DNA from: Clostridia bacterium
GTDB taxonomy: Bacteria; Bacillota; Clostridia; CAKSNL01; HGM11501
NCBI GenBank assembly: GCA_045545475.1
Contig: JAZQAZ010000041.1
Coordinates: 58,354 to 122,353 of the forward strand
Reading direction: 5' to 3'
DNA: 64,000 nt
Below, one piece after another: positions 10,176 through 20,197 of the stretch. The notes under the pieces were generated by a model. That model ran no database searches, was not told the origin of the DNA, and worked only from the letters and a program-made list of their open reading frames with translations. Each line of letters begins with the position of its first letter. Position 1 is the stretch's first letter. The position numbers and the translations under genes were made by a program.

Positions 10176-10935
10176 ATTTAAGTTCTGCGCACAATGGATA
10201 ATGGTCTGAAAGGTAAATTCCGTTTTCTTCATCGTCCCATACGGTAAGCTTTTCAAACTCGGTTTTAAGATTATCGCTTAAATAAATGTAGTCTATTTTT
10301 GCTTCACTCTGTCTTCCGAAGTCGTGGAAGGTAAAAGGAAGCCCCTTTGTTACATCTCCCATACCGGGGAAGCTTTCACAAAGCTTTATGGTTTCTTCCT
10401 TTTCCGATGCATTGAAATCGCCAAGGATAACAAAATCCATCTCGTTTTTTTCATTTAAGGATTTTACGGTATCAAGCACCATTTTCATTCCCATAGCTCT
10501 TACTTCGGGAGTTTTCTCATCCAGATGCACGTTGAAAATCCTTATCATTCTGCCGTCGGACTTTCTTCTTACCGTTGTAATATTAAGCGTTCTGGGACAA
10601 GGACTCTGACCGGGGAATTTACTTTCCGGCTCATAAGGGTCGGGACCTATCCAAAGCACTTCATTTCCCACAAGTTGAAGGGTTGAAGTTTTAATCGCCG
10701 TGAAAACACCCTCTGAATTATAGCTCTTTGTTCTGCCGTGGCCGGTTATTATGTATTCGGGGAAAACCCTCTGCATAAATTCCAAGGATTCCGGCACCAT
10801 TTCCTGAAATGCGATAATGTCGGGCATTTCTTTTTTCACCTTATCATAAATCATCCCTGCTCTGTTTATAAAGCTGTTTATACCGTCCCCTCTGTAGCGG
10901 TAACGGATATTGAATGTTACTATATTAAAAGACAT
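10174..10935 (-). CDS. Endonuclease/exonuclease/phosphatase family protein
   Basis: TFNIR, DIIAFQE, NVHLD, GDFN, IDYI, SDHYP. Confidence 0.93.
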   Translation of the reverse strand: MSFNIVTFNIRYRYRGDGINSFINRAGMIYDKVKKEMPDIIAFQEMVPESLEFMQRVFPEYIITGHGRTKSYNSEGVFTAIKTSTLQLVGNEVLWIGPDPYEPESKFPGQSPCPRTLNITTVRRKSDGRMIRIFNVHLDEKTPEVRAMGMKMVLDTVKSLNEKNEMDFVILGDFNASEKEETIKLCESFPGMGDVTKGLPFTFHDFGRQSEAKIDYIYLSDNLKTEFEKLTVWDDEENGIYLSDHYPLCAELK

Positions 10936-11117
10936 AAAAAAACCTCCGTACTTTATTTTGCATCATTATACCCCTTTACTTTGCCCGTGTCAATACACAC
11001 TATATATAAAAAATTTGAATATGCCACGGTAAATAAAAATTATAAACCTTTACTACTCCCTTGACAAAACAGCACGTGACCGCTAAAATAGCAGTATAAT
11101 AAAAAGGAGGCACAAAT

Positions 11118-12485
11118 ATGATTAAAACATTTCGGGTAACAGATTTCGGAGCCATTCCTGGCTCGAACGCTCTTCAAACAGAAAAAATTCAGGCTGCAAT
11201 TGATGCCTGCTTTCTTGAGGGTGGCGGCGAAGTAATAATACCTGCGGGAACCTTTATAACAGGTTCAATCCGTCTTCGCTCCAACGTAACCCTGCATTTA
11301 TTAAAAAATGCCTGCCTTAAAGGCTCTAAAAATCCTGAGGATTATTATTCCTCTTACATAAATGACAAGATTGAACCCCTTCCCGAAGAATGGATTACAG
11401 ACGGGCTCTGGAACCGCTTTGGTCCGGGCTGGACAAGGGACTACCGCTTTATGCGTCTTCCCGGAAGCCGATGGAATCACGGTCTTATAAAGGCTATAAA
11501 CGCCGAAAACATCGCCATAATCGGCGAAGAAGATTCTTTCATTGACGGAAGCGACTGCTTTGATGAAAAGGGCGAAGAAGAATACCGTGGTCCTCACCTT
11601 ATAAATATGTTCTATTGCAAAAACGTAAGTTTTAAGGGATACACGGCAAAAGACAGTGCAAACTGGGCGCACGCCATATTTTATTCCGAAAACATAACAA
11701 TGAAAAATGTAACCGTTTTAGCAGGACACGACGGAATACACGCGACGGTTTGCCGTAATATAATAATAGAAGACTCCGAATTTTATACAGGAGATGACTG
11801 TGTGGCAGGCTTTGGCAACTTAAATGTTCTTGTTAAAAACTGTGTGCTTAACTCCGCCTGCAGTGCTCTTCGCTTCGGTGGTACCAACGCCTTGATTGAA
11901 GGTTGTCATATGTATGGTCCCTGCCGCTATTTATTCCGGGGCTGTTTAACTCCAGAAGAAAAACGCAGCGGAATAAAACCCGATGTCACAACCCACAGAA
12001 ACAATATGCTTTCTGCATTTACTTATTATTCCGATTTTTCCGTGGAAGTTCCCTATACCCCCGGAAACATAATAATAAAGGATTGCAAAATAGACTATGC
12101 CGACAGATTCCTGCACTTCAATTTCTCCGGGAACGAGCCATGGCAAAGAAACCGCCCGTTAACTTCCGTTACCTTTGAAAACATCACAGCAACAGATATT
12201 TCCATGCCTCTTACGGCTTATGGCGATGCTGATAATAAAATAGACCTCGTGTTCAAAAACGTATCTATAGCAATGAGAGATGGTTTTTCCGAAGTTCCTT
12301 TATTCCATATAGGCAACTTTAAAAAGCTGACCCTTGAAAACTTTACGGTTACAAATACTGCCGCCCCCTGCTTAGTCAGAACATGGACAGATGATCCTGT
12401 TGAATTTATAAATGTTTCATCTCCCATCGTGAATGAAAACCTTGTCAAAAAAGCTGAAGTTGAATTTTCCGCAAAGCCTATATAA
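11118..12485 (+). CDS. Glycoside hydrolase family 28-like beta-helix protein, no signal peptide
   Basis: TDFGA..TEKIQAAIDAC..GGGEVIIPAG..SNVTLHL N-terminus; GHDG/TGDDC acid motif; upstream TTGACA-N17-TAAAAT at 11061-11089. Confidence 0.85.
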   Translation: MIKTFRVTDFGAIPGSNALQTEKIQAAIDACFLEGGGEVIIPAGTFITGSIRLRSNVTLHLLKNACLKGSKNPEDYYSSYINDKIEPLPEEWITDGLWNRFGPGWTRDYRFMRLPGSRWNHGLIKAINAENIAIIGEEDSFIDGSDCFDEKGEEEYRGPHLINMFYCKNVSFKGYTAKDSANWAHAIFYSENITMKNVTVLAGHDGIHATVCRNIIIEDSEFYTGDDCVAGFGNLNVLVKNCVLNSACSALRFGGTNALIEGCHMYGPCRYLFRGCLTPEEKRSGIKPDVTTHRNNMLSAFTYYSDFSVEVPYTPGNIIIKDCKIDYADRFLHFNFSGNEPWQRNRPLTSVTFENITATDISMPLTAYGDADNKIDLVFKNVSIAMRDGFSEVPLFHIGNFKKLTLENFTVTNTAAPCLVRTWTDDPVEFINVSSPIVNENLVKKAEVEFSAKPI

Positions 12486-12486
12486 T

Positions 12487-12520
12487 TAAAAAGCAGCAAG
12501 AAAAATTCTTGCTGCTTTTT
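12487..12520 (+). terminator. Intrinsic terminator
   Basis: AAAAAGCAGCAAGAA-AAA-TTCTTGCTGCTTTTT. Confidence 0.88.
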
Positions 12521-12606
12521 CTTTTTTATGTATAAAAAATCTTCCTTTGCATAAAGCTTGTCAAGTCCCTCCTCTAAACACAAGCGTTTTACTTTATATG
12601 ACAAAA

Positions 12607-12792
12607 TTTTCCTCAAAAGGCTTAGTTATGGGGCTTGAAAAGTTTTCCACAACCTTATAATTCACACGCTTTTTAGATGTGGAAAAAGTGGAAAAAGCTG
12701 TTGATAACTATAAAATACGGCCTTTTTGCGGTGGATAATCAGCTGCCGAAAATATATTTAGATTATTTTTAGATTATGTAATTTATATATAA
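12607..12792. promoter_or_regulatory. DnaA-box cluster with adjacent AT-rich tract
   Basis: TTWTNCACA matches: exact at 12643-12651(+) and 12678-12686(-); one mismatch at 12607, 12658, 12687, 12699 and 12730; TTTAGATTAT twice at 12757 and 12768. Confidence 0.7.
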
Positions 12793-12928
12793 ACGCTCAT
12801 TAATATTCACGTTTACCATTTTTTCCCAAAAGTTGTTTTTTACAAATTTCAGTTTGTTTTTACTATTGTCTTTTTTCTCCCGTTATGCTATACTCCTTTT
12901 GACGAATATAGTAAAAGAAGGTTTTCCC

Positions 12929-14356
12929 GTGAAGATAAATACTGCGATAACTAAAAAAGAATATTATTCAGAAGTTCTCTCTCTGGCTCTGCCCGCTTTT
13001 CTTGAGAAATTATTGCTTACTCTGGTAAGTCTGGTATCCACGGTTGTTATCGGCAAAGTCGTAGGAAGCGAGGCTATGTCCTCTTTGACTATAGCCACAA
13101 CTGTTACCGATATACTGCAAAGCGTTTTTATCGGTTTCGGATTTGGTGCTTCAATTATTATAGCCAGGAATGAAAGCCATCAAAGAGATTTTACAAACAA
13201 GGCAACCTTAAATTCCATTTATTTAAATGCCGCCTTTGGTCTTCTGCTCGGAACTTTATGTATGCTGTTTTTAAGGGGACTTTTAGGTTTTATGTTTTCA
13301 TCAAAAACCGCTTCTGTTACGGAAGGGGCAATTTCCTATCTATACATGATTCTTCCCTTTTCAGCCGTTGCCTCTGTGGATGTTGCAATTTCTTCCTGCT
13401 TTCGTGGTGCCCATGATGCAAAAACTCCGTTTTTTGTAACTGCTGCGGTAAATGCCGTAAACGCACTTTGCTGTATCATCTTTATAGGCTTTCTTAACAT
13501 GGGAATTAAAGGTGCAGCCGTCTCCTATATAATCTCAACTCTCCTGGGCTGCACAGTAAGAATTATGCTTTTGTTCCATAAAAAGTCCGTCATCCGTCTT
13601 CACGGATTCCACAGGCCGGACTTTATGCTGATAAAGCGTATTCTTAATGCTTCTGTTGCATCCACGCTTCAGGCTTTTTTTATAAACTTTGCCTTTTTGG
13701 GACTTCAGGCGGTAACATCGTTAATCAGTGCCGTTGCTATGGCCGGCTATCAGATAGCAAACAATATATTAAAGCTCACCTATTGTATTACTCATGGTAT
13801 TGAGGCAGCACAAATTACCCTTGTGGGTAATGCACTGTCGGTCAATGATAAGGATGCCTCAAGGCTTTATTCTTATAAGCTGCTTTCCACCTCCGAAGCC
13901 GTGTGCTTTATCTGGGCGATAATTATGTTTGTTTTTGCCCGTCCCCTTTCCGGTCTTTTTGTAGCTTCAGGCGATAGCGAAACATTAAACTCCGCAGTAA
14001 ATCTGCTTCGCATCTTGTGCTTTACGGTTCCCTTTACCACTTATTATCAAAGCAGCCAGGGCACACTTAAGGTCGGAGGAGAAACAGGAGCCATTGTCCT
14101 TTCAAGTATACTTGGCCCCTGGGCAATAAGAATTCCCCTTGCTTACTTTTTAATTACTTCCATTGAAAGCGCTTCTCTCTGGAACATGGTAAAAGGCTTT
14201 TTTTCTGCATTCCCCCTTATCTCTCCCTTTGCGGAATCCGTTTTAACAAACGGAATAACGGGACTTATAGCAGGACTCTTTGCCGATTACATAATGCGAA
14301 CTTTAGTTTATGCTTTCAAATTGCACAAAGAAAAGTGGCTCTACAATACGCTTTAA
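12929..14356 (+). CDS. MATE family efflux transporter
   Basis: About 12 TM; LSLALPAFLE, FRGAHDAKTP, MGIKGAA motifs; GTG start at 12929 after AGAAGG. Confidence 0.9.
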   Translation: MKINTAITKKEYYSEVLSLALPAFLEKLLLTLVSLVSTVVIGKVVGSEAMSSLTIATTVTDILQSVFIGFGFGASIIIARNESHQRDFTNKATLNSIYLNAAFGLLLGTLCMLFLRGLLGFMFSSKTASVTEGAISYLYMILPFSAVASVDVAISSCFRGAHDAKTPFFVTAAVNAVNALCCIIFIGFLNMGIKGAAVSYIISTLLGCTVRIMLLFHKKSVIRLHGFHRPDFMLIKRILNASVASTLQAFFINFAFLGLQAVTSLISAVAMAGYQIANNILKLTYCITHGIEAAQITLVGNALSVNDKDASRLYSYKLLSTSEAVCFIWAIIMFVFARPLSGLFVASGDSETLNSAVNLLRILCFTVPFTTYYQSSQGTLKVGGETGAIVLSSILGPWAIRIPLAYFLITSIESASLWNMVKGFFSAFPLISPFAESVLTNGITGLIAGLFADYIMRTLVYAFKLHKEKWLYNTL

Positions 14357-14393
14357 AAAACCTTGGAATTACTTTGTAATTCCAAGGTTTTTT
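14356..14393. terminator. Bidirectional terminator overlapping the AraC gene 3' end
   Basis: AAAAAACCTTGGAATTAC-TTT-GTAATTCCAAGGTTTTTT. Confidence 0.85.
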
Positions 14394-15172
14394 CTCTTTT
14401 TATACTCACTTGGTGATATTCCTTCAAGCTCTCTGAAATTTCTGTTAAAGCTTGCAAGAGACGAAAAGCCCGAGGCAAGTGCCACATCAACCATCGAAAC
14501 CTTTTTTCCTCTTTCTGCTATAAGTTCCTTGGCATAATTTATGCGATATGAAGCAAGTAATCTCCTGAAGTGCATATTTGTTACCGTATGTAAAGTATAG
14601 GATAAATATTTCTCGTTATAACCCAGCTTTTTTGCCAGGTCGCTCAATGTTATATTTTCGCAGAAGTTATCCGAAATAAAATTTATCGCCTCCTGGATAA
14701 GTTCACCGTTTCCGGTTTTCTTTTCGACCCAGGAAATGTTTTTTGCGGCATCGGAACACGCTTCATAAAGAAACGAAGCTATCATAAGATAATCATTCCT
14801 TTTTACTTTCTCCAGTTTTTCTGTCCATAGGGTTTTATCACTCACCTTATATACCGGATTTTCCGGAAGAAAGCCCTCAATTTTTTCGAAAAAGATAGGA
14901 ATAAAGTCATTTGAAAATATTGCTCCGCATACAGAATTTTCTTTTTCATTAATATATTCATGGATACGGTGAGGAAGCACTATCACCGCTTCACCTTCAT
15001 GCACATAATACCTTTCGCCGTCCATTATAACGGTGAGGCAGCCTGACTTTACATAAATAATTTCCGTGAAATCATGAAGATGTGCCGCAATCGAATAATT
15101 TTCAGAAGAAGAACTCCAGAAATGATATTTTTTACCTGAATTCTGATTCTGATATACAATCACGTCTATCAC
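14369..15172 (-). CDS. AraC family transcriptional regulator
   Basis: N-terminal cupin HLHDFTE; C-terminal double HTH VALASGFSSLASFNRNF..G.SP.EY. Confidence 0.95.
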   Translation of the reverse strand: MIDVIVYQNQNSGKKYHFWSSSSENYSIAAHLHDFTEIIYVKSGCLTVIMDGERYYVHEGEAVIVLPHRIHEYINEKENSVCGAIFSNDFIPIFFEKIEGFLPENPVYKVSDKTLWTEKLEKVKRNDYLMIASFLYEACSDAAKNISWVEKKTGNGELIQEAINFISDNFCENITLSDLAKKLGYNEKYLSYTLHTVTNMHFRRLLASYRINYAKELIAERGKKVSMVDVALASGFSSLASFNRNFRELEGISPSEYKKRKNLGITK

Positions 15173-15326
15173 TCCTTAATCAATTCTAAATCAAACTTTT
15201 TCTCACAGATTAATATCGAAAATCTAACCTTTTGATTATATTATATCTTTTTTTTATTAGAATGTCAATTGCAATTATGCTATACTTAATACAGAAGACT
15301 GTAGATAAATTAAAGGAGGAATAAAA

Positions 15327-18086
15327 TTGAAAAAGATACTTGCATTGGCACTTGCTTTCCTTATGCTTTGCTCATCTATGTCCTTTGCGGAAGAAAGAAA
15401 GTATACCGCAGCTGACATAACAATAAACGAAGGATGCAAAATATCAGGAAATCAACTTACCCATTTAAAGAGAGGAGAATATTTCGGCATCAAAGGTGTT
15501 GACCTTACAGGAATAAAATCCCTCTCTCTCCTCGTAAGTTCAGAAACAGAAGCAAACGGAGAAACAATTGTTATAAAGGCCGACAACCATCTCTCGGGAC
15601 AGGTTTTGGGTACAATTACAATTTCAGGCTCCCATAATAAGGAATATCTGTCCACCTCTGTTTTTGAAATGAGCGGCGTGCACGACGTCTACTTCAAAGG
15701 CCTTTACGGAAGAGACAACTATGCCATGGATATATTTATAGAAGATATTATCTTTTCAAGTGAAGAATACCAAAAGCCGGATCCGAAAAAAGAACAGGTA
15801 TCCGACTCAGCAATAAAGGATTTTTATCTTGACACATGGGTTTCCACCGACAGTTTAGGCCGAAAGGTTGCAGACTTCCCCGAAGTCGGTGCAGTTAAAG
15901 AAGGAACCAGAGAACTGGGATTATTATACTGGAACTGGTTTGGCAGAGGTAAAGGCAGCTACGGTATACTGGAAGATTTAAGAGACGCTCATCCCGAAGC
16001 TATGGATGACTTCTACCATCCCGCCTGGATAAAGGACGCAGCTTACTGGTGGAGCGAACCTGTATTTGACGTTTATTCCTCCCACGATTACTGGGTTTAC
16101 AGAAAGCATGCAGAAATGCTTTCAATGGCAGGAGTTGACGTTATCCTCTTTGACTATTCAAACTCAGGCATTGTATACTCAGATGCCGTTGAAGTTTTGG
16201 CAAAGGCATTCCGTGATGCAAAAAGTGCCGGTGTAAAAGTTCCTAAAATAACCGGTATGTATGCAATCGGCGACGACTCTGAGAGCAATATAAAGAGCTT
16301 ATCTGCAACATATCACATTTTCTTCACGGAGAACGATTATTCCGACCTTTGGTTTTATATGGACGGAAAGCCAATGGTGTACACCTATAACAACGCTATA
16401 CGCTCCGCCGAAAAGGGCGATACATACGAAGCAGAGCTGACGAAAACATTATCCGAATTTTTCACCTACAGAAAGAGCAGCTCAAGAAATGTATATACGC
16501 CCGCGCCTAACGGCACAGATTATGAAGATGAAACCTGGTTCTGGCTTGAAAACTTCCCGCAGCCCATAAGAGGAACAACAGAAAACGGAAGACCTGCCTT
16601 TGTTGTTGTGGGTACTGCAATCAATCAGTCAACAATATACGGCACAGGCGTAACAGGTGTTTTATCCGATCCCTATTCCAAAGGCAGAGGTTTTTCCGAG
16701 GTATTCGGCGAGGATTATTCAGAAAACGGAAAGAGAATGGGTTACTTCTTCCGTGAGCAATCGGCACTGGCTCTTACAGCCGACCCCGAATTTATACTTG
16801 TTGACGGCTGGAACGAATGGCGTGCCACAAGATTTTCATCCTACGGAGTATTCTCAGGCGGCAACATCTTTGTTGACAGCTTCGACTCAGAAAACAGCCG
16901 TGACTTTGAACCCTCGAGAGGCCCTCTTAAGGATGATTATTTCAACCTTTTAGTAGACTTTTCAAGAAAATACAAAGGTGTACGTCCCGCCCCCGTAGCT
17001 GCCGGTGCAAAGACCATCGATATGACAGGCGATGCAGCTCAATGGAATACTGTAGGGCCCACCTTTTACAATTTTGACCAGAGCTATGAACGTGATTCTT
17101 TGGGCTATTACGCTCCCGGAACCACCGAGCAGATGCATTATACCACAAATGTTGACAACGCCATAATGACCTCCAAGGCAACTTTTGATACCGAGAATAT
17201 ATACTTCCTTGCAAAAACCAAGGATACCCTGAAAGACTCAGAAGGCTTTATGAATCTTTATATCAACACTGACAGAAACTATGCCACCGGCTGGGAAGGC
17301 TATGACTTTGCCGTTAACCTTTCAGGAAAAGGCACTATCTCAAAGTTTTCCTCTTCCTCATTTACCCCTGAATCAATCGGAAGCGTCGCATACAAGGAAG
17401 ATGTTAACTATATAATGATTTCTGTTCCGAGAGTATTGATTGGAGAAACAGGAACCGTTGACCTTGAATTCAAGTGGACAGACGGAATTAAAAATGACGG
17501 AGACCTTTTAACTTTTTACGAGACAGGTTCTGTAGCTCCCTACGGACGTTTTAACTATCTGTTTACAGAAATCGAACAAACCTCCCTGTCCTCAGACGAA
17601 AGAAATGCTTTAAATGGAGTATCTATACTTAAAGCTGAAGCAGACAACATGATTGTTTCAGGCAGTAAAATGAAAATTTACGAAGCTGACTTAAGAATCA
17701 AAGCTTATGAGGCAAACGGAACTCTTTACGTTCCCGGCGATTCACTCCTTGAAATTCTCGGATATGGAAGAAGTAAGGTTGAATACGATCCTTCTTATAA
17801 CAGCTACTTTATTTACTATTTTGAAATGAACGACTCACTTACAGAAGTAACAACCAACCGCTTCGCAATGAGCACTTTAGACTCATCAAGCGTATATGTT
17901 GACGGAAAAACCCTTCCCTTAAGTGCTCCGGTAACTTCAAAGAACGGAATAATTTATGTTCCTCTTTCCCTTTTATCAGAGGCTTTCGGCTTTACGGTAA
18001 CAAATATCGGAGGCGGCATTTACACCGTTTCAGAAAACACACCGGATGTAAATCTTATCACGTCCGTATCCGGACATCTTAATTAA
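15327..18086 (+). CDS. Secreted multidomain glycoside hydrolase (CBM6-like + GH99/GH71-like barrel + C-terminal copper-amine-oxidase-N-like stalk domain)
   Basis: Signal peptide; GVHDVYF (CBM6-like); YWWSEP..RKHAEML..AGVD and DGWNEW..SRDFEP; NGIIYVPL.LLSEAFG tail; TTG start after AAGGAGG. Confidence 0.7.
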   Translation: MKKILALALAFLMLCSSMSFAEERKYTAADITINEGCKISGNQLTHLKRGEYFGIKGVDLTGIKSLSLLVSSETEANGETIVIKADNHLSGQVLGTITISGSHNKEYLSTSVFEMSGVHDVYFKGLYGRDNYAMDIFIEDIIFSSEEYQKPDPKKEQVSDSAIKDFYLDTWVSTDSLGRKVADFPEVGAVKEGTRELGLLYWNWFGRGKGSYGILEDLRDAHPEAMDDFYHPAWIKDAAYWWSEPVFDVYSSHDYWVYRKHAEMLSMAGVDVILFDYSNSGIVYSDAVEVLAKAFRDAKSAGVKVPKITGMYAIGDDSESNIKSLSATYHIFFTENDYSDLWFYMDGKPMVYTYNNAIRSAEKGDTYEAELTKTLSEFFTYRKSSSRNVYTPAPNGTDYEDETWFWLENFPQPIRGTTENGRPAFVVVGTAINQSTIYGTGVTGVLSDPYSKGRGFSEVFGEDYSENGKRMGYFFREQSALALTADPEFILVDGWNEWRATRFSSYGVFSGGNIFVDSFDSENSRDFEPSRGPLKDDYFNLLVDFSRKYKGVRPAPVAAGAKTIDMTGDAAQWNTVGPTFYNFDQSYERDSLGYYAPGTTEQMHYTTNVDNAIMTSKATFDTENIYFLAKTKDTLKDSEGFMNLYINTDRNYATGWEGYDFAVNLSGKGTISKFSSSSFTPESIGSVAYKEDVNYIMISVPRVLIGETGTVDLEFKWTDGIKNDGDLLTFYETGSVAPYGRFNYLFTEIEQTSLSSDERNALNGVSILKAEADNMIVSGSKMKIYEADLRIKAYEANGTLYVPGDSLLEILGYGRSKVEYDPSYNSYFIYYFEMNDSLTEVTTNRFAMSTLDSSSVYVDGKTLPLSAPVTSKNGIIYVPLSLLSEAFGFTVTNIGGGIYTVSENTPDVNLITSVSGHLN

Positions 18087-18100
18087 AGGAGGCGAAGATT

Positions 18101-20161
18101 ATGAAAAAAGTATTAGCTTTTATACTGGTTATAACAACGGCTTTATCATTATGTTCCATTTTCTCCTTCGCCGAGGGCGATATGCCGGATACCACCACAA
18201 CGGCAACGGCAACAGAAGGTCAGTCTCCCATTATGTCCATCACAGGCCTTCCCACAGTTGACAGAACAAACTGGACTGTCACAGTAAACACCACCCGTCC
18301 CAATTGTGCGGAAAGAGTGCTTGATGGGAATGACAAAACCTTCTGGCATTCAAATTATATGGATGAAGGCGGCGTAATTTACGCAAGAGATGAAGCCCCC
18401 TACACCATGGAATTCACATTTCCGGAAGAAACCTCTATTTCCGGTTTCATTTTACTCCCCCGTCCTGACGGTACAACCGGAAAAATAATTTCGCTCTATT
18501 TCGAAGCATCTGAAACGGATTTCGGAGAATTCGAAAGAATCACAGAGGATATAACCTTAGGAGCACATAACAAGGAAATTATTCTTCCTTACAACATAAG
18601 TGCAAAAAGAATTAAAATGACCATCCTCTCGGGCGACAAAGGCTATGGTACCCTTGCTGAATTTTACGCAATAAAAGCAGACAGCAAAAAGACCGAAGCG
18701 TCTTACTCAGAAGTATTAGAATCAGAAGTATCCATCCCCGTTGACAAAACTGTAACAGGAAAAGCGGCCGACAATCAAACCCCGGTTTCTGCTCTTAACG
18801 GCCTTTCCTCCGTTGACAGAACAGGCTGGATTGTAAAGGTGGATTCCGCCCGTCCCAACACCGCTGAGAAAATGCTTGATGGTGACAAGTCAACCTTCTG
18901 GCATTCAAACTTTGAAACCGCAAACGAAGCTGTTGTCTCAGCCGATGAGGCTCCCTTCACCCTTGAATTCATCCTTCCAGAGGAGGCGGAAATTTCCGGA
19001 TTTATATTGTTCCCGAGAACCGACCTCAATATCGGCAGAATAGCTTCCGCTTATTTTGAGGTTGCTAAAGACGATACATCGGAATATTTCAAAATTACCG
19101 ACGAGCTTTCATTTGAGACAAGTGCAAATCAGCAGGAAGTGGTTTTTGCCTCCAATATAAAAGTCAAAAAGATTAAAATGACCATAACCAATGGAAGCGG
19201 TGGCAAGGGAACACTGGCTGAATTTTACTGCATTTCACCAAGCGAAGAGTACAACACCGTAAGCTACGAAGAATTTTTAGAAAATGAAAAAGAAAACAAG
19301 CTTTATATAGTTGATAAAGCCTCCATAACCGTGGAATGCGACTACCCCATATGGTCTACCAACAACATCGCCAAAGTAACTGACGGCCTTACTACCAGCA
19401 TCTGGCAGACAGATACTATTTCAGAATCCTACGCTCCTCCCATTTTAATTGATTTCGGCAAAGTTCAAAGATTGGTTCGTATGGATTACACTCCCCGTCA
19501 GACAGAGGACTACGACGGTTTCTGGTATACCTACGACGTATACGGAAGTGTCGATGGAGATAACTGGTTTGACGTTGAAACAAATGTAATGAACGAAAAA
19601 AGCCTTCTTACCCACTCCCTTATATTCGACGAAGAGATAAGCGTAAGATACCTTGAAATTAACGTAACAAAATATCACAATAACCGTGTTTCTGCCGCAG
19701 AGCTTACATTCTATCAGACAAGGGAAGCATATGAAGCCTCCGGCGTGGGAGCTTTCGGAAACTATGAACTCACGATAGGCAAAAAATCCATCCTTATCGA
19801 AAAAGGCGGAGAGGTAACTGAAAAAGAAATTGACGTCGCTCCCTACATTGTCGGAGGAACCACACTAATCCCCTTGAGAGGATTGCTTGAGGAAATGGGT
19901 GCAGAAATTTCCTGGAACGGTGAAAAGAGTGAAGTAACCATAAAAGCACAGAACAAGGAAATAGTTCTTCAGATTTGGAATAAACGTGTATATGTTAAGG
20001 ATAACCGCTACGGAAACATCATGTATACTCTTCTCACGTATCCGGTAATAAAGGATTCCCGTACATTTATTCCGCTGAGATTTGTTTCGGAACAGCTTGG
20101 CTATAATGTAGAATGGATCGGCGAAACTCAAACCATAAAAATAACTGCTCCGGAAAAATAA
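18101..20161 (+). CDS. Secreted protein with three F5/8 type C (discoidin/CBM32-like) domains and a C-terminal copper-amine-oxidase-N-like domain
   Basis: Signal peptide; LDGNDKTFWHS, LDGDKSTFWHS, TDGLTTSIWQT repeats; DVAPYI..GTTLIPLR and SRTFIPLRFVSEQLG..V.W. Confidence 0.85.
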   Translation: MKKVLAFILVITTALSLCSIFSFAEGDMPDTTTTATATEGQSPIMSITGLPTVDRTNWTVTVNTTRPNCAERVLDGNDKTFWHSNYMDEGGVIYARDEAPYTMEFTFPEETSISGFILLPRPDGTTGKIISLYFEASETDFGEFERITEDITLGAHNKEIILPYNISAKRIKMTILSGDKGYGTLAEFYAIKADSKKTEASYSEVLESEVSIPVDKTVTGKAADNQTPVSALNGLSSVDRTGWIVKVDSARPNTAEKMLDGDKSTFWHSNFETANEAVVSADEAPFTLEFILPEEAEISGFILFPRTDLNIGRIASAYFEVAKDDTSEYFKITDELSFETSANQQEVVFASNIKVKKIKMTITNGSGGKGTLAEFYCISPSEEYNTVSYEEFLENEKENKLYIVDKASITVECDYPIWSTNNIAKVTDGLTTSIWQTDTISESYAPPILIDFGKVQRLVRMDYTPRQTEDYDGFWYTYDVYGSVDGDNWFDVETNVMNEKSLLTHSLIFDEEISVRYLEINVTKYHNNRVSAAELTFYQTREAYEASGVGAFGNYELTIGKKSILIEKGGEVTEKEIDVAPYIVGGTTLIPLRGLLEEMGAEISWNGEKSEVTIKAQNKEIVLQIWNKRVYVKDNRYGNIMYTLLTYPVIKDSRTFIPLRFVSEQLGYNVEWIGETQTIKITAPEK

Positions 20162-20162
20162 A

Positions 20163-20197
20163 GAAGTAAAACCGCCGAAAGGCGGTTTTACTTTTTT
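20163..20197. terminator. Bidirectional terminator
   Basis: AAGTAAAACCGCC-GAAA-GGCGGTTTTACTT. Confidence 0.9.

Noticed and set aside
12520-12830. Calling the DnaA-box cluster oriC
   Set aside because: No dnaA, dnaN or rpmH nearby, no clear DnaA-trio run and no switch in gene strand bias; kept only as a box cluster
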